Source of the DNA: a virus
Lineage: Duplodnaviria > Caudoviricetes
IMG/VR virus record: IMGVR_UViG_3300020045_005903
Location: 7,644-71,643 of that record
Strand: one strand, 5' to 3'
Length of the DNA stretch: 64,000 nucleotides
Below are positions 7,638 to 14,745 of the stretch, piece after piece. Within the stretch, counting starts at the first letter, position 1. Every line of letters begins with the position of its first letter. The translations under genes were made by a program, and so were the position numbers. The notes below the pieces were generated by a model. That model had not been told where the DNA came from, searched no databases, and worked only from the letters and a program-made list of their open reading frames with translations.

Positions 7638-8998
7638 CAGACAACTTACAGCTAATTGAAATAGAATTAAAGCTTCTTGGCACATATATGGACACATCCG
7701 ACCTATTCGAGAAGTGTAACCATCTTGTCTCAGAGGGCATATTCTTACGCCCCGTCACCAAAGCTTCCTATAAAATTATTAAAGCCCTCCATCAACAGGG
7801 AACTAAGCCAGACCAATCCTTAGTGTTTGCACAACTTAAAATTCTAGGATTTTCAAAACAAGACTGCTCCACTATTTTAGGAGTGAGTTTTGATTATTCC
7901 TACGGCCGCCAACCCGAACATTATGTAGATATTCTATTTAAAAATAGCGTGGCGAATTTCCTACTTCCGCTACTTCAAGATACCCACTCAAAACTCTCAT
8001 CTGAAACAGGAGACAGCCTAGAGCTAATGGACTCTCTCAGCGAAGCTATTAATAAAGTTAACTTAGTAGTGAACAATGTAAGTAAAGAAAAACCAACCAC
8101 CGAAATATTTGATGAAGCAATACAAAGAATACTCGACCTTAAAAATAATGTAATAGAAAATGTAGGATATTCTTTTGGACTCAAAGACCTAGACTCTAAA
8201 ACAGGAGGATTAGCAAAAGGAATTACGGTTGTTGGAGCTGTACCTGGAGCCGGAAAATCCTCACTCGTAATTAATATCTTGACAACAAACGCAATAAACA
8301 ATTCTGTGCCAACCCTATTCTTTTCTATTGAAATGCCTGCAATAGACATTATGACCAATATCATTGCTAATAAGTCTAACATTAATTCTAGGGCATTAAG
8401 ACAAGGAGATGTGAATGACGGAGAGATACTGTCTATAAAGTCGATCAAAGAAAGCTTAGGAAGTCATTTTGAGATTGATGATAACGGAGGTGTAACTTGG
8501 CAGTATATTGAAGCTAAGATTAAGTCCTTCCGGAAAAAGAATAAAGTGCCAATGTCCCAAACTATTTTATGCCCTATTGATTACTTACAATTAATGAGTA
8601 ATTCGGCGGACGAAATTAAAGGGACTAGTGATGAGCAAAGGATAAGTAAAATTTGTAAAGAATTAACTAGAATTACTAAGTCAGAGAATGTGGCCATTGT
8701 ATTACTGTCGCAGTTAAGTAGACCACCTAAAGGAGAAGTTCCTAGACCTAAGATGAGTGATTTAAAGGGTAGTGGAGCTATTGAGGCGTGTGCTATTCTA
8801 GTGCTGCTACTATTCCGCCCCGAATACTCAGGTATTCTTACAGACGACAATGGAAGGGATTTAAGGGGATTGTGCGAGATTAATCCTGCTAAGGGAAGGT
8901 ATATTAAACCCGAACCTGTGTATGTAAAATTTGTGGGAAAATATAGTAAATTTGAGGATTGTGATGATAATTTATCCTCTTCTGATTCAGCGCTTTAA
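7634..8998 (+). CDS. dnaB: DnaB-like replicative helicase
   Basis: GAVPGAGKSS, FSIEM, IDYLQLM, LSQLSR, SDLKGSGAIE motifs. Confidence 0.95.
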   Translation: MTDNLQLIEIELKLLGTYMDTSDLFEKCNHLVSEGIFLRPVTKASYKIIKALHQQGTKPDQSLVFAQLKILGFSKQDCSTILGVSFDYSYGRQPEHYVDILFKNSVANFLLPLLQDTHSKLSSETGDSLELMDSLSEAINKVNLVVNNVSKEKPTTEIFDEAIQRILDLKNNVIENVGYSFGLKDLDSKTGGLAKGITVVGAVPGAGKSSLVINILTTNAINNSVPTLFFSIEMPAIDIMTNIIANKSNINSRALRQGDVNDGEILSIKSIKESLGSHFEIDDNGGVTWQYIEAKIKSFRKKNKVPMSQTILCPIDYLQLMSNSADEIKGTSDEQRISKICKELTRITKSENVAIVLLSQLSRPPKGEVPRPKMSDLKGSGAIEACAILVLLLFRPEYSGILTDDNGRDLRGLCEINPAKGRYIKPEPVYVKFVGKYSKFEDCDDNLSSSDSAL

Positions 8999-9054
8999 TA
9001 AATTACTTGCAATTATTTGAAACCTTTTATTTATCTTTACGTTAAAGTAGGTAT

Positions 9055-9243
9055 ATGGAAAATAAAATAGATAAAAATTCTGCCTCAGTAAATATTTATG
9101 CTTGGACTTATACTAACGCTCCTTTATCGGAATTAAAAGAATGGGTTGATTCACAAATTTCTGATGGCAAAACCCACGTAAGATTAGAATTAGAATGGGG
9201 GTATTATGATGACATCGAAAGCTTACACATTACAGCCAAATAA
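9055..9243 (+). CDS. Hypothetical protein
   Basis: 62-aa ORF after promoter-like TTGAAACCTTT..TATCTTTAC. Confidence 0.6.
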   Translation: MENKIDKNSASVNIYAWTYTNAPLSELKEWVDSQISDGKTHVRLELEWGYYDDIESLHITAK

Positions 9244-9247
9244 AACT

Positions 9248-9451
9248 ATGGAAAAAACAATCAGTAACTCATCCCAAGTCACTCATATTAAATGGGCAGA
9301 CAAAATCCTTACAGTAACATTTGTAGGAGATAAGAAATACGAATACCTAGAAGTTCCCCAAAGTATTTACGATGCCGCGATTGCCGCCGAGAGCATAGGA
9401 AAGTTTTTGAATAGTGAAGTGAAGAATAAATTTAAATTTAATAAAGTATGA
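9248..9451 (+). CDS. KTSC-domain protein
   Basis: SSQVTHI..LTVTF..KYEYLEVPQSIY..AESIGKFLNSEVK; start placed at 9248 rather than 9206. Confidence 0.85.
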   Translation: MEKTISNSSQVTHIKWADKILTVTFVGDKKYEYLEVPQSIYDAAIAAESIGKFLNSEVKNKFKFNKV

Positions 9452-10455
9452 GCAAGAAACCAACCACAGAAGTAACGGTATCTAATCCTAAACTTCAAAA
9501 AGACCTAGAGTTAGTCCAATCCCTACAAACCCAAGTGGACACCGTAGGAACTCAATTACTGCAAGTAAAAGTGATGGATGATTCCACACTATCAATCTGC
9601 CAACAAAACCTCTCTAAAGTCAACTCTATAGTTAAAACTATCGAAGAGAAACGAGTGGAACTTAAAGCTCCCTACCTTGAAGCCGGTAAACAAATCGACT
9701 CCCTTTGCAAGTCTATTACCGACCTAGCAGTGAAAAGTATTACCCACGCTAAGTCTGAAATAGCTAATTGGGAAAATGCTAGGTTAGCACTCGCCGCAGC
9801 AGCACAAGCTGAGGTTGACGCAAAAGCTAAAGCTGAAGCTGATAAGATCGCCGCAAATGAAACTCGTAAAAAAGGAATATTAGACTTTATTTCAACTACA
9901 CTTAAACCTTACCTTCAATCTACTTATGACTCTTTAAAATCAGCAGAGGACTGTGATGTATTCTTAGCTAAGATTAAAAAAGACTTTCCTGGAGAAGCCA
10001 AGTTTCAAGAATATTTACAGGACGCTAATCAAATTAGAGATAATTACATAGATTTAATAAATGGTAAAAAAGCTCAATTTAGTGCGGCGGCGAATATCTC
10101 TGAATCTGAATTAGCTTTAATGAAAGAGAAAGAAAGATTAACCCTAATGCAACAAGAACTTGACAATGAAAAATTAAGAGTTAAGCAGCTAGAGGAGTAT
10201 GCTAAATTAGAGAGAGAAAGAAAAGCTGCTGAGGAATTAGCAGAGCTAGAAAAAGCTAAATTACAAGCGGCTGCAGGCCTAGAGAAAACTAAAGGAGTTA
10301 GATACATTGATAAGTTTGAGGTGATAGATTTTGATAAAGTGCCAAGAGAATTTTTATGTGTAGATGAGGCTAAAGTTAAAGCTTATCAAAAGGAGAATAA
10401 AATAGGAGAGATTACCGGAATTAGATTTTTTAAACAATCAAGCATAGTAGCCTAA
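9448..10455 (+). CDS. Coiled-coil protein, DUF1351/Gp157/Gam-like
   Basis: Long coiled coil; KRVELKAPYLEAGKQID; C-terminal DFDKVPREFLCVDEAKVK; stop TAA forms the TAAC of S4. Confidence 0.55.
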   Translation: MSKKPTTEVTVSNPKLQKDLELVQSLQTQVDTVGTQLLQVKVMDDSTLSICQQNLSKVNSIVKTIEEKRVELKAPYLEAGKQIDSLCKSITDLAVKSITHAKSEIANWENARLALAAAAQAEVDAKAKAEADKIAANETRKKGILDFISTTLKPYLQSTYDSLKSAEDCDVFLAKIKKDFPGEAKFQEYLQDANQIRDNYIDLINGKKAQFSAAANISESELALMKEKERLTLMQQELDNEKLRVKQLEEYAKLERERKAAEELAELEKAKLQAAAGLEKTKGVRYIDKFEVIDFDKVPREFLCVDEAKVKAYQKENKIGEITGIRFFKQSSIVA

Positions 10456-10569
10456 CGGTTTGCACATTGGCGTTGTTGCCACAGAATTTAATTAAAAACA
10501 ATAAACTTTAATATTATGACAAAAGTATCAAACGAAGAGCAAAGCAATAACGCCAATGTGCTGTTAGGT
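10450..10569. other. attC-like site S4
   Basis: GCCTAAC (RYYYAAC) ... arms 10462-10479/10544-10561 (17/18 WC, 1 G-T) ... GTTAGGT (GTTRRRY). Confidence 0.9.
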
Positions 10570-10824
10570 GAAGTTACATTGTGTGTAGGCTTCAATGCTC
10601 ACCGATTAAAAGAGAATGACGATTATCACAAAAAAGAATGTGATTTTGTGAAAGCCATTAACCAAGAGATGAAATATAATAAAAGCACTTTAGCTCAAAT
10701 GGTGAACCATCCCGACCACAAAGAATGGCTTGAAGAAAATGAGCAAAAGATTGTGTTAAGCGTGATACAATGGTTAGGAACGCCAGTAGGACAGGGATTT
10801 TTGGAGAAGGTGGCAAAAATGTAA
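10516..10824 (+). CDS. Cassette-borne hypothetical protein
   Basis: ATG in the loop of S4; SNNANVLLGEV is encoded by the right arm and core. Confidence 0.75.
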   Translation: MTKVSNEEQSNNANVLLGEVTLCVGFNAHRLKENDDYHKKECDFVKAINQEMKYNKSTLAQMVNHPDHKEWLEENEQKIVLSVIQWLGTPVGQGFLEKVAKM

Positions 10825-10828
10825 TTTC

Positions 10829-11257
10829 ACCTAACGTTTTCGGGCTAAGAGAAGTAAAACCCTTTAGAGCGGTGGGGGATTTCATCGCTCAAATTAAATA
10901 TAAATAACTCAAATGGAAAAAACATTGAGCAACACAACAGCAAGCCAAGCCAAAGACAACGTGAAAGACATCGTGTTTTGGGGCAATGGCGACACCTTCA
11001 AATTAATTAGCAAAGCATCATCCAAAAATGAAGGTTGGATGAAATCTTCAAAGGCAATGGAAATTGAAGGTGTAGGATGCGTAGTGCAAGTTACCACCCA
11101 ACAAGGTGAGAATATTGCAGAGGCGGTAACTTTTGTACCTAATGTAAAAATTGAGGAAACAAAAGGTGATGATGGAGTGGTAACTTCTCGTAAGTTGATT
11201 GCCATTTAGTACGGTGCGTGGGCAAAGGGTTTTATTTCTTCTTAGCCCGTGTTATAA
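10829..11257. other. Giant attC-like site S5 with a gene in its loop
   Basis: ACCTAAC ... arms 10841-10865/11224-11249 ... GTTATAA. Confidence 0.8.
10913..11209 (+). CDS. Conserved phage hypothetical protein inside the S5 loop
   Basis: 98 aa; GWMKSSKAMEI..GCVVQVTTQQG..AEAVTFVP; AT-rich leader. Confidence 0.8.
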   Translation: MEKTLSNTTASQAKDNVKDIVFWGNGDTFKLISKASSKNEGWMKSSKAMEIEGVGCVVQVTTQQGENIAEAVTFVPNVKIEETKGDDGVVTSRKLIAI

Positions 11258-11296
11258 GTCAGGTGGGCATTTTCGCCCACTTGCGTTAAACAATAT

Positions 11297-11402
11297 GTTA
11301 GTGGTAGTGCTTTAGAAGTATGCCCTGGCTGTAAAACGAAAAATAGACATTGGTACGCAAAAGATTATTGGTGTTGTGCATTTTGTTAGCATTACCGCTA
11401 AC
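11297..11402 (+). pseudogene. Mini-cassette remnant with a start-less Cys-rich reading frame
   Basis: Ends GTTAGTGGTAGTGCT/AGCATTACCGCTAAC are complementary; frame VSGSALEVCPGCKTKNRHWYAKDYWCCAFC* has no in-frame ATG. Confidence 0.5.
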
Positions 11403-11474
11403 GTTTTGCAGCTAATGGCTGGTGGCTTTTATAGGCTGTTAGTTTGTGCCACTTGCCATTAGGTGCTGTTATGT
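11396..11474. other. attC-like site S6
   Basis: CGCTAAC-GTTTT-GCAGCTAATGGCTGGTGGC ... GCCACTTGCCATTAGGTGC-T-GTTATGT. Confidence 0.85.
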
Positions 11475-11535
11475 TGGTGCGCTGGCAAGTGTGTGGGGCA
11501 GTTTTATTTTATTAATTTTTAAAAAAGCGAAGGAA

Positions 11536-11808
11536 ATGAAGTTAACATTATTACAAAGATTAATTGAGTTTGTGATTCAATTTAAATACAAACATAATTT
11601 ACAGCCGACCTACAACTATAAGGTTGGTGACAAGGTGAAATATAACTGGAAAGGAAAAGTTATGCTTAGACCAGTTATAAACGATAGAGCAGAGGATGTT
11701 TTGGTAATAAATGAAGTAAAGCATAAAAGGAATGAGTTTATCAACTATCAAAATACAAGAACAAAAAAACGAGGATGGTTAGATGCTTACTGGTTAAAAC
11801 GTGCGTAG
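11536..11808 (+). CDS. Cassette-borne hypothetical protein
   Basis: Start moved from 11446 (inside S6) to MKLTLLQ after AAGGAA; YKVGDKVKY motif. Confidence 0.7.
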   Translation: MKLTLLQRLIEFVIQFKYKHNLQPTYNYKVGDKVKYNWKGKVMLRPVINDRAEDVLVINEVKHKRNEFINYQNTRTKKRGWLDAYWLKRA

Positions 11809-11837
11809 GCTTTTAAAAATTAATAAAATAAAATTGA

Positions 11838-11926
11838 ACATAACGGTTACAGCTTGCCGATAGTAAGGCAAATACCCGAAAAAAATAAAAAATCATTTGC
11901 CTTATTTTGGCAAGGTGGTGTTAAAT
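11838..11926. other. attC-like site S7
   Basis: ACATAAC-GGTTA-CAGCTTGCCGATAGTAAGGCAAAT ... ATTTGCCTTATTTTGGCAAGGTG-GT-GTTAAAT. Confidence 0.85.
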
Positions 11927-11968
11927 GCAGTGCGGACTTAATTAATAACTAAAAAATAAATAAATAAA

Positions 11969-12193
11969 ATGGCTGACTTAAAAACATTAGTAAAAGACAA
12001 CAAGGTGAAATTCGATTTTTACCGAGCAGGAGTAATGTATTACACCGTTACATCCGAAGAAAAAACATATCGCTTTCCTGTGCCACTTGAGGATATAGGA
12101 GATGCGACATTACTTGCAGAAGATAAAGCCATTTTATTTATGCGTTACATACGAAAGGCAATTAATAGCAATGAGCTTCAAACAGTGCAGTAG
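11969..12193 (+). CDS. Cassette-borne conserved phage hypothetical protein
   Basis: 74 aa; FYRAGVMYY..FPVPLEDIGDATLLAEDKAILFMRYIRKA. Confidence 0.8.
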   Translation: MADLKTLVKDNKVKFDFYRAGVMYYTVTSEEKTYRFPVPLEDIGDATLLAEDKAILFMRYIRKAINSNELQTVQ

Positions 12194-12199
12194 CATTGC

Positions 12200-12328
12200 A
12201 TTTAACGTTCGATGCTTGTGGCAGGTGGCATTAAAAGCACAAATGTAAATTAACCGATAAAGTAAAATTGAAAAACAGAATTTAATATTAACCGCAGACC
12301 GCCACTTGCCTACAAGCATTTGTTAGTG
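12200..12328. other. attC-like site S8
   Basis: ATTTAAC-GTTC-GATGCTTGTGGCAGGTGGC ... GCCACTTGCC(T)ACAAGCATT-T-GTTAGTG. Confidence 0.85.
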
Positions 12329-12350
12329 GTCTGTTTAAAAACAAAAAGCG

Positions 12351-12578
12351 ATGGCAGACTTAGAAAAAATTAGACAAGCACAAATGATTGCAGGTGAAAA
12401 CGCTGTGATTGCAGGATTAAAAGCAAAAGGATTGCTACCTAAAGATGAACAGAGCGAGGACTCGTTGCTATTTTTCAACTTATTTAGAGAAGTAAGAAAT
12501 GAAATAGCAACGGAGGAGGGCTATGTGCTGCAAGATGCAATACGAATAACATTTGATAGATGGATGAAGCGTGGGTAG
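12351..12578 (+). CDS. Cassette-borne hypothetical protein
   Basis: 75-aa ORF between S8 and the attI-like site. Confidence 0.75.
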   Translation: MADLEKIRQAQMIAGENAVIAGLKAKGLLPKDEQSEDSLLFFNLFREVRNEIATEEGYVLQDAIRITFDRWMKRG

Positions 12579-12596
12579 GCTTTGTTTTTAAATTGC

Positions 12597-12614
12597 CACT
12601 AACTATTATATGTA
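12597..12614. other. attI-like terminal site of array 2
   Basis: CACTAAC-TATTATATGTA; 39 bp upstream of the recombinase ATG; 15-mer shared with 3181-3195. Confidence 0.75.
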
Positions 12615-12653
12615 GGATTAACTTGTAATGTATTAAAAATTAAATATATAATT

Positions 12654-13487
12654 ATGGAAATTCCAAGATGGCACGAAAGATATTGTATGGACTCAGCTTT
12701 AAAATATCCAAGTAAAGCAACCCAAGAAAACTACCAAAGTACAGTTTTAGGTTTTTTGCATTACTTTAAAAATGATGTTGACCCCTCTCACATAAAAACG
12801 GATGACATTAAAAAGTGGCTCTTAACTTTTGAAACGATTAATACTCGTAATCATAAATTATGTGGTATAAAATCCTTTTATCAAATTACCGTTGGGATGC
12901 CTTTAAAATTGGATAAAATACCATTCAGCAAAAAGGACAACAAGCTACCGGAAATTTTAGAGAGAGAAGAGATACAGTCATTATTAAAAGTTTGCACAAA
13001 CACAAAACACAAATTAATAATTACAATCCTTTATGCTTGCGGACTAAGGATAAGTGAAATTTTAAATCTTAAATTAATTCACATTAACAAAGATACCATT
13101 GATATTAAATGTGCTAAAGGCAGAAAAGATAGAATAGTTCAATTGCCAACGAGGGTTAAGCAAAGAATTGACGAATATACTTTGGAGTATAAGCCTATTG
13201 AGTATTTGTTTAATGGTCAGTTCCCCGAAAAAGAATTAAGATATAATGAAAGGTCTGTAAACGAATTTTTAAAAAAATATGCTACGTTAGCAGGAATAAA
13301 AACCCACGTTCATGCGCATAAAATTCGTCATTGTTATGCCACCCATACTTTAGAAGATGGAACAACCTTGCCATTTTTACAAGAAATGCTTGGACACAAT
13401 AGTCCTAAAACTACATCAATATATATTCACACATCGAGGCGATCAATTGCAAGACAAACGTCTCCCGTTGATGGAATGGATTTTTAA
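12654..13487 (+). CDS. Tyrosine recombinase (XerC/D / integron-integrase-like)
   Basis: Catalytic set GLRISE, KGRKDR, HKIRH, LGH, TSIY; 277 aa. Confidence 0.95.
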   Translation: MEIPRWHERYCMDSALKYPSKATQENYQSTVLGFLHYFKNDVDPSHIKTDDIKKWLLTFETINTRNHKLCGIKSFYQITVGMPLKLDKIPFSKKDNKLPEILEREEIQSLLKVCTNTKHKLIITILYACGLRISEILNLKLIHINKDTIDIKCAKGRKDRIVQLPTRVKQRIDEYTLEYKPIEYLFNGQFPEKELRYNERSVNEFLKKYATLAGIKTHVHAHKIRHCYATHTLEDGTTLPFLQEMLGHNSPKTTSIYIHTSRRSIARQTSPVDGMDF

Positions 13488-13489
13488 CA

Positions 13490-13768
13490 GTGGCAAGAAG
13501 ACTTAAAATACCCGATGAGCTATTAATCCTAAACCCCACCTTAAACAAGAAGGAACTAAGGACTATCCTAAATGTTATCCTGAATAGCCGCCGGAATAGA
13601 ATGCGTCAAGCCTACATATTTGACATAAGATTACCTAGCTTAGGGAGAATGAGGTCTAATGGTAATAAGGTACATAAACACAACAAAAAGACATTGAGTA
13701 GGGACAGGAAAAGAAAGAGAATTGAAACTAAAACTAATGACTTAAAGAGAGTTAACCTATTATGGTAG
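13490..13768 (+). CDS. Basic hypothetical protein
   Basis: 92 aa, Lys/Arg-rich. Confidence 0.6.
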   Translation: MARRLKIPDELLILNPTLNKKELRTILNVILNSRRNRMRQAYIFDIRLPSLGRMRSNGNKVHKHNKKTLSRDRKRKRIETKTNDLKRVNLLW

Positions 13769-13772
13769 AATT

Positions 13773-13817
13773 ATTTTCATTATTTTGCAACCTTTATTAA
13801 AATAAGTAGTATATTAG
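13773..13817 (+). promoter_or_regulatory. Putative phage promoter
   Basis: ATTTTCATTATTTTGCAACCTTT...AAGTAGTATAT, nearly identical to the 1370-1420 element. Confidence 0.6.
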
Positions 13818-13864
13818 CGTACAATTAAATAAATATATAAACAGTCAAAAAACAGTCAAAAATT

Positions 13865-14566
13865 ATGAGCCTAAACGGACAATCATTCGAGAAAAAACAA
13901 AGACCAATCGCCCCACAAGGGTTGCAAGTAGCTATATGCTACAGCGTAATAGATTTGGGAACGCACATGAACAGTTATCAGGGGCAGGAGCCAAAGCCTG
14001 TATCTCTAGTTCATTTCAGTTGGGAATTTCCTAACTTACCACACCAAGTATTTAAAGAAGGAGACACACCTAAACCCTTAGCAATATTCCAAGAATATTC
14101 AACAAGTTTGGGGGAAAAAGCAAAATTACCAAAAATGTTGCAGTCATGGCGCCTTGTGCCGCCGGTAGACCTAGCAAAAGAGCTTCCAATGTTCGTTGGC
14201 CAACCTTGCTACGTTAATGTAACTCACGCAAAGGATAAGAATAATTCTGAGATTACTTATGCTAATGTTGCAATGAATGGTTTAGGAATAATAAATTTGC
14301 CAAAGGGAACTCAGGTGAATGGATTAACTAATCCTAAAATGTTCTTTAACCTTGACAATTACTCTCACGCTGAATTTGCTAAGCTACCTGCTTGGATTCA
14401 GAAGAAAATTCAAAGTTCTTTAGAGTGGAGTGGTATTGTGGCTAAATATGGTGCGCCGCCAACAGTTGCCGCCACTACTCAGCCTGCTAATACATTTCAG
14501 CAGCCTATTCAAAATCAAGCGCCGATTATTACAGAAGATACGTTTAATACTAATCCCCCCTTCTAG
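13865..14566 (+). CDS. Putative single-stranded DNA-binding protein
   Basis: AICYSVIDLGTH, LPAWIQKKI motifs; Q/P-rich linker and acidic-aromatic C-terminus (..PPF). Confidence 0.55.
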   Translation: MSLNGQSFEKKQRPIAPQGLQVAICYSVIDLGTHMNSYQGQEPKPVSLVHFSWEFPNLPHQVFKEGDTPKPLAIFQEYSTSLGEKAKLPKMLQSWRLVPPVDLAKELPMFVGQPCYVNVTHAKDKNNSEITYANVAMNGLGIINLPKGTQVNGLTNPKMFFNLDNYSHAEFAKLPAWIQKKIQSSLEWSGIVAKYGAPPTVAATTQPANTFQQPIQNQAPIITEDTFNTNPPF

Positions 14567-14568
14567 TT

Positions 14569-14745
14569 ATGACTGTTACGTTAGATAAGAATGGTACTAT
14601 AACTATTCGTCCGCAAAATTCTTTAGAAGAATATGCGTTAAATAAATGGTCAGAAGATAATCTTGGTTCTGTAGAAAAGTTTGAGAATTTACATAACTCA
14701 ATACGAGTAATAAGAACTTTAGACAACGACGACTTGCCTTTCTAA
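14569..14745 (+). CDS. Small hypothetical protein (not in ORF track)
   Basis: 58 aa MTVTLDKNG...DDLPF; fills the gap exactly. Confidence 0.65.
   Translation: MTVTLDKNGTITIRPQNSLEEYALNKWSEDNLGSVEKFENLHNSIRVIRTLDNDDLPF

Larger units (their letters stand above)
10450..12614. mobile_element. Integron-like gene-cassette array 2, adjacent to tyrosine recombinase
   Basis: Five full AAC..GTT hairpins, one degenerate junction, complementary cassette ends, attI-like end. Confidence 0.88.

Noticed and set aside
11446-11535. Upstream start for the 11446-11808 ORF, and likewise the longest starts at 9206, 16378 and 31894
   Set aside because: These extensions run through hairpins, terminators or upstream genes; downstream ATGs have better context.
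1470-12614. CRISPR array interpretation of the repeated hairpins
   Set aside because: The hairpins differ in sequence and length, are separated by whole genes rather than 30-40-nt spacers, and no cas gene is present.
1470-12614. Hairpins as plain rho-independent terminators
   Set aside because: They lack U-tracts, have fixed AAC-G/T-GTT ends with cross-complementary cassette ends, and two are translated through.
12654-13487. Recombinase as a prophage integrase implying lysogeny
   Set aside because: Not excluded, but disfavoured: small XerC/D-like size, no recognisable repressor/excisionase module or host flank, and direct adjacency to the cassette array.
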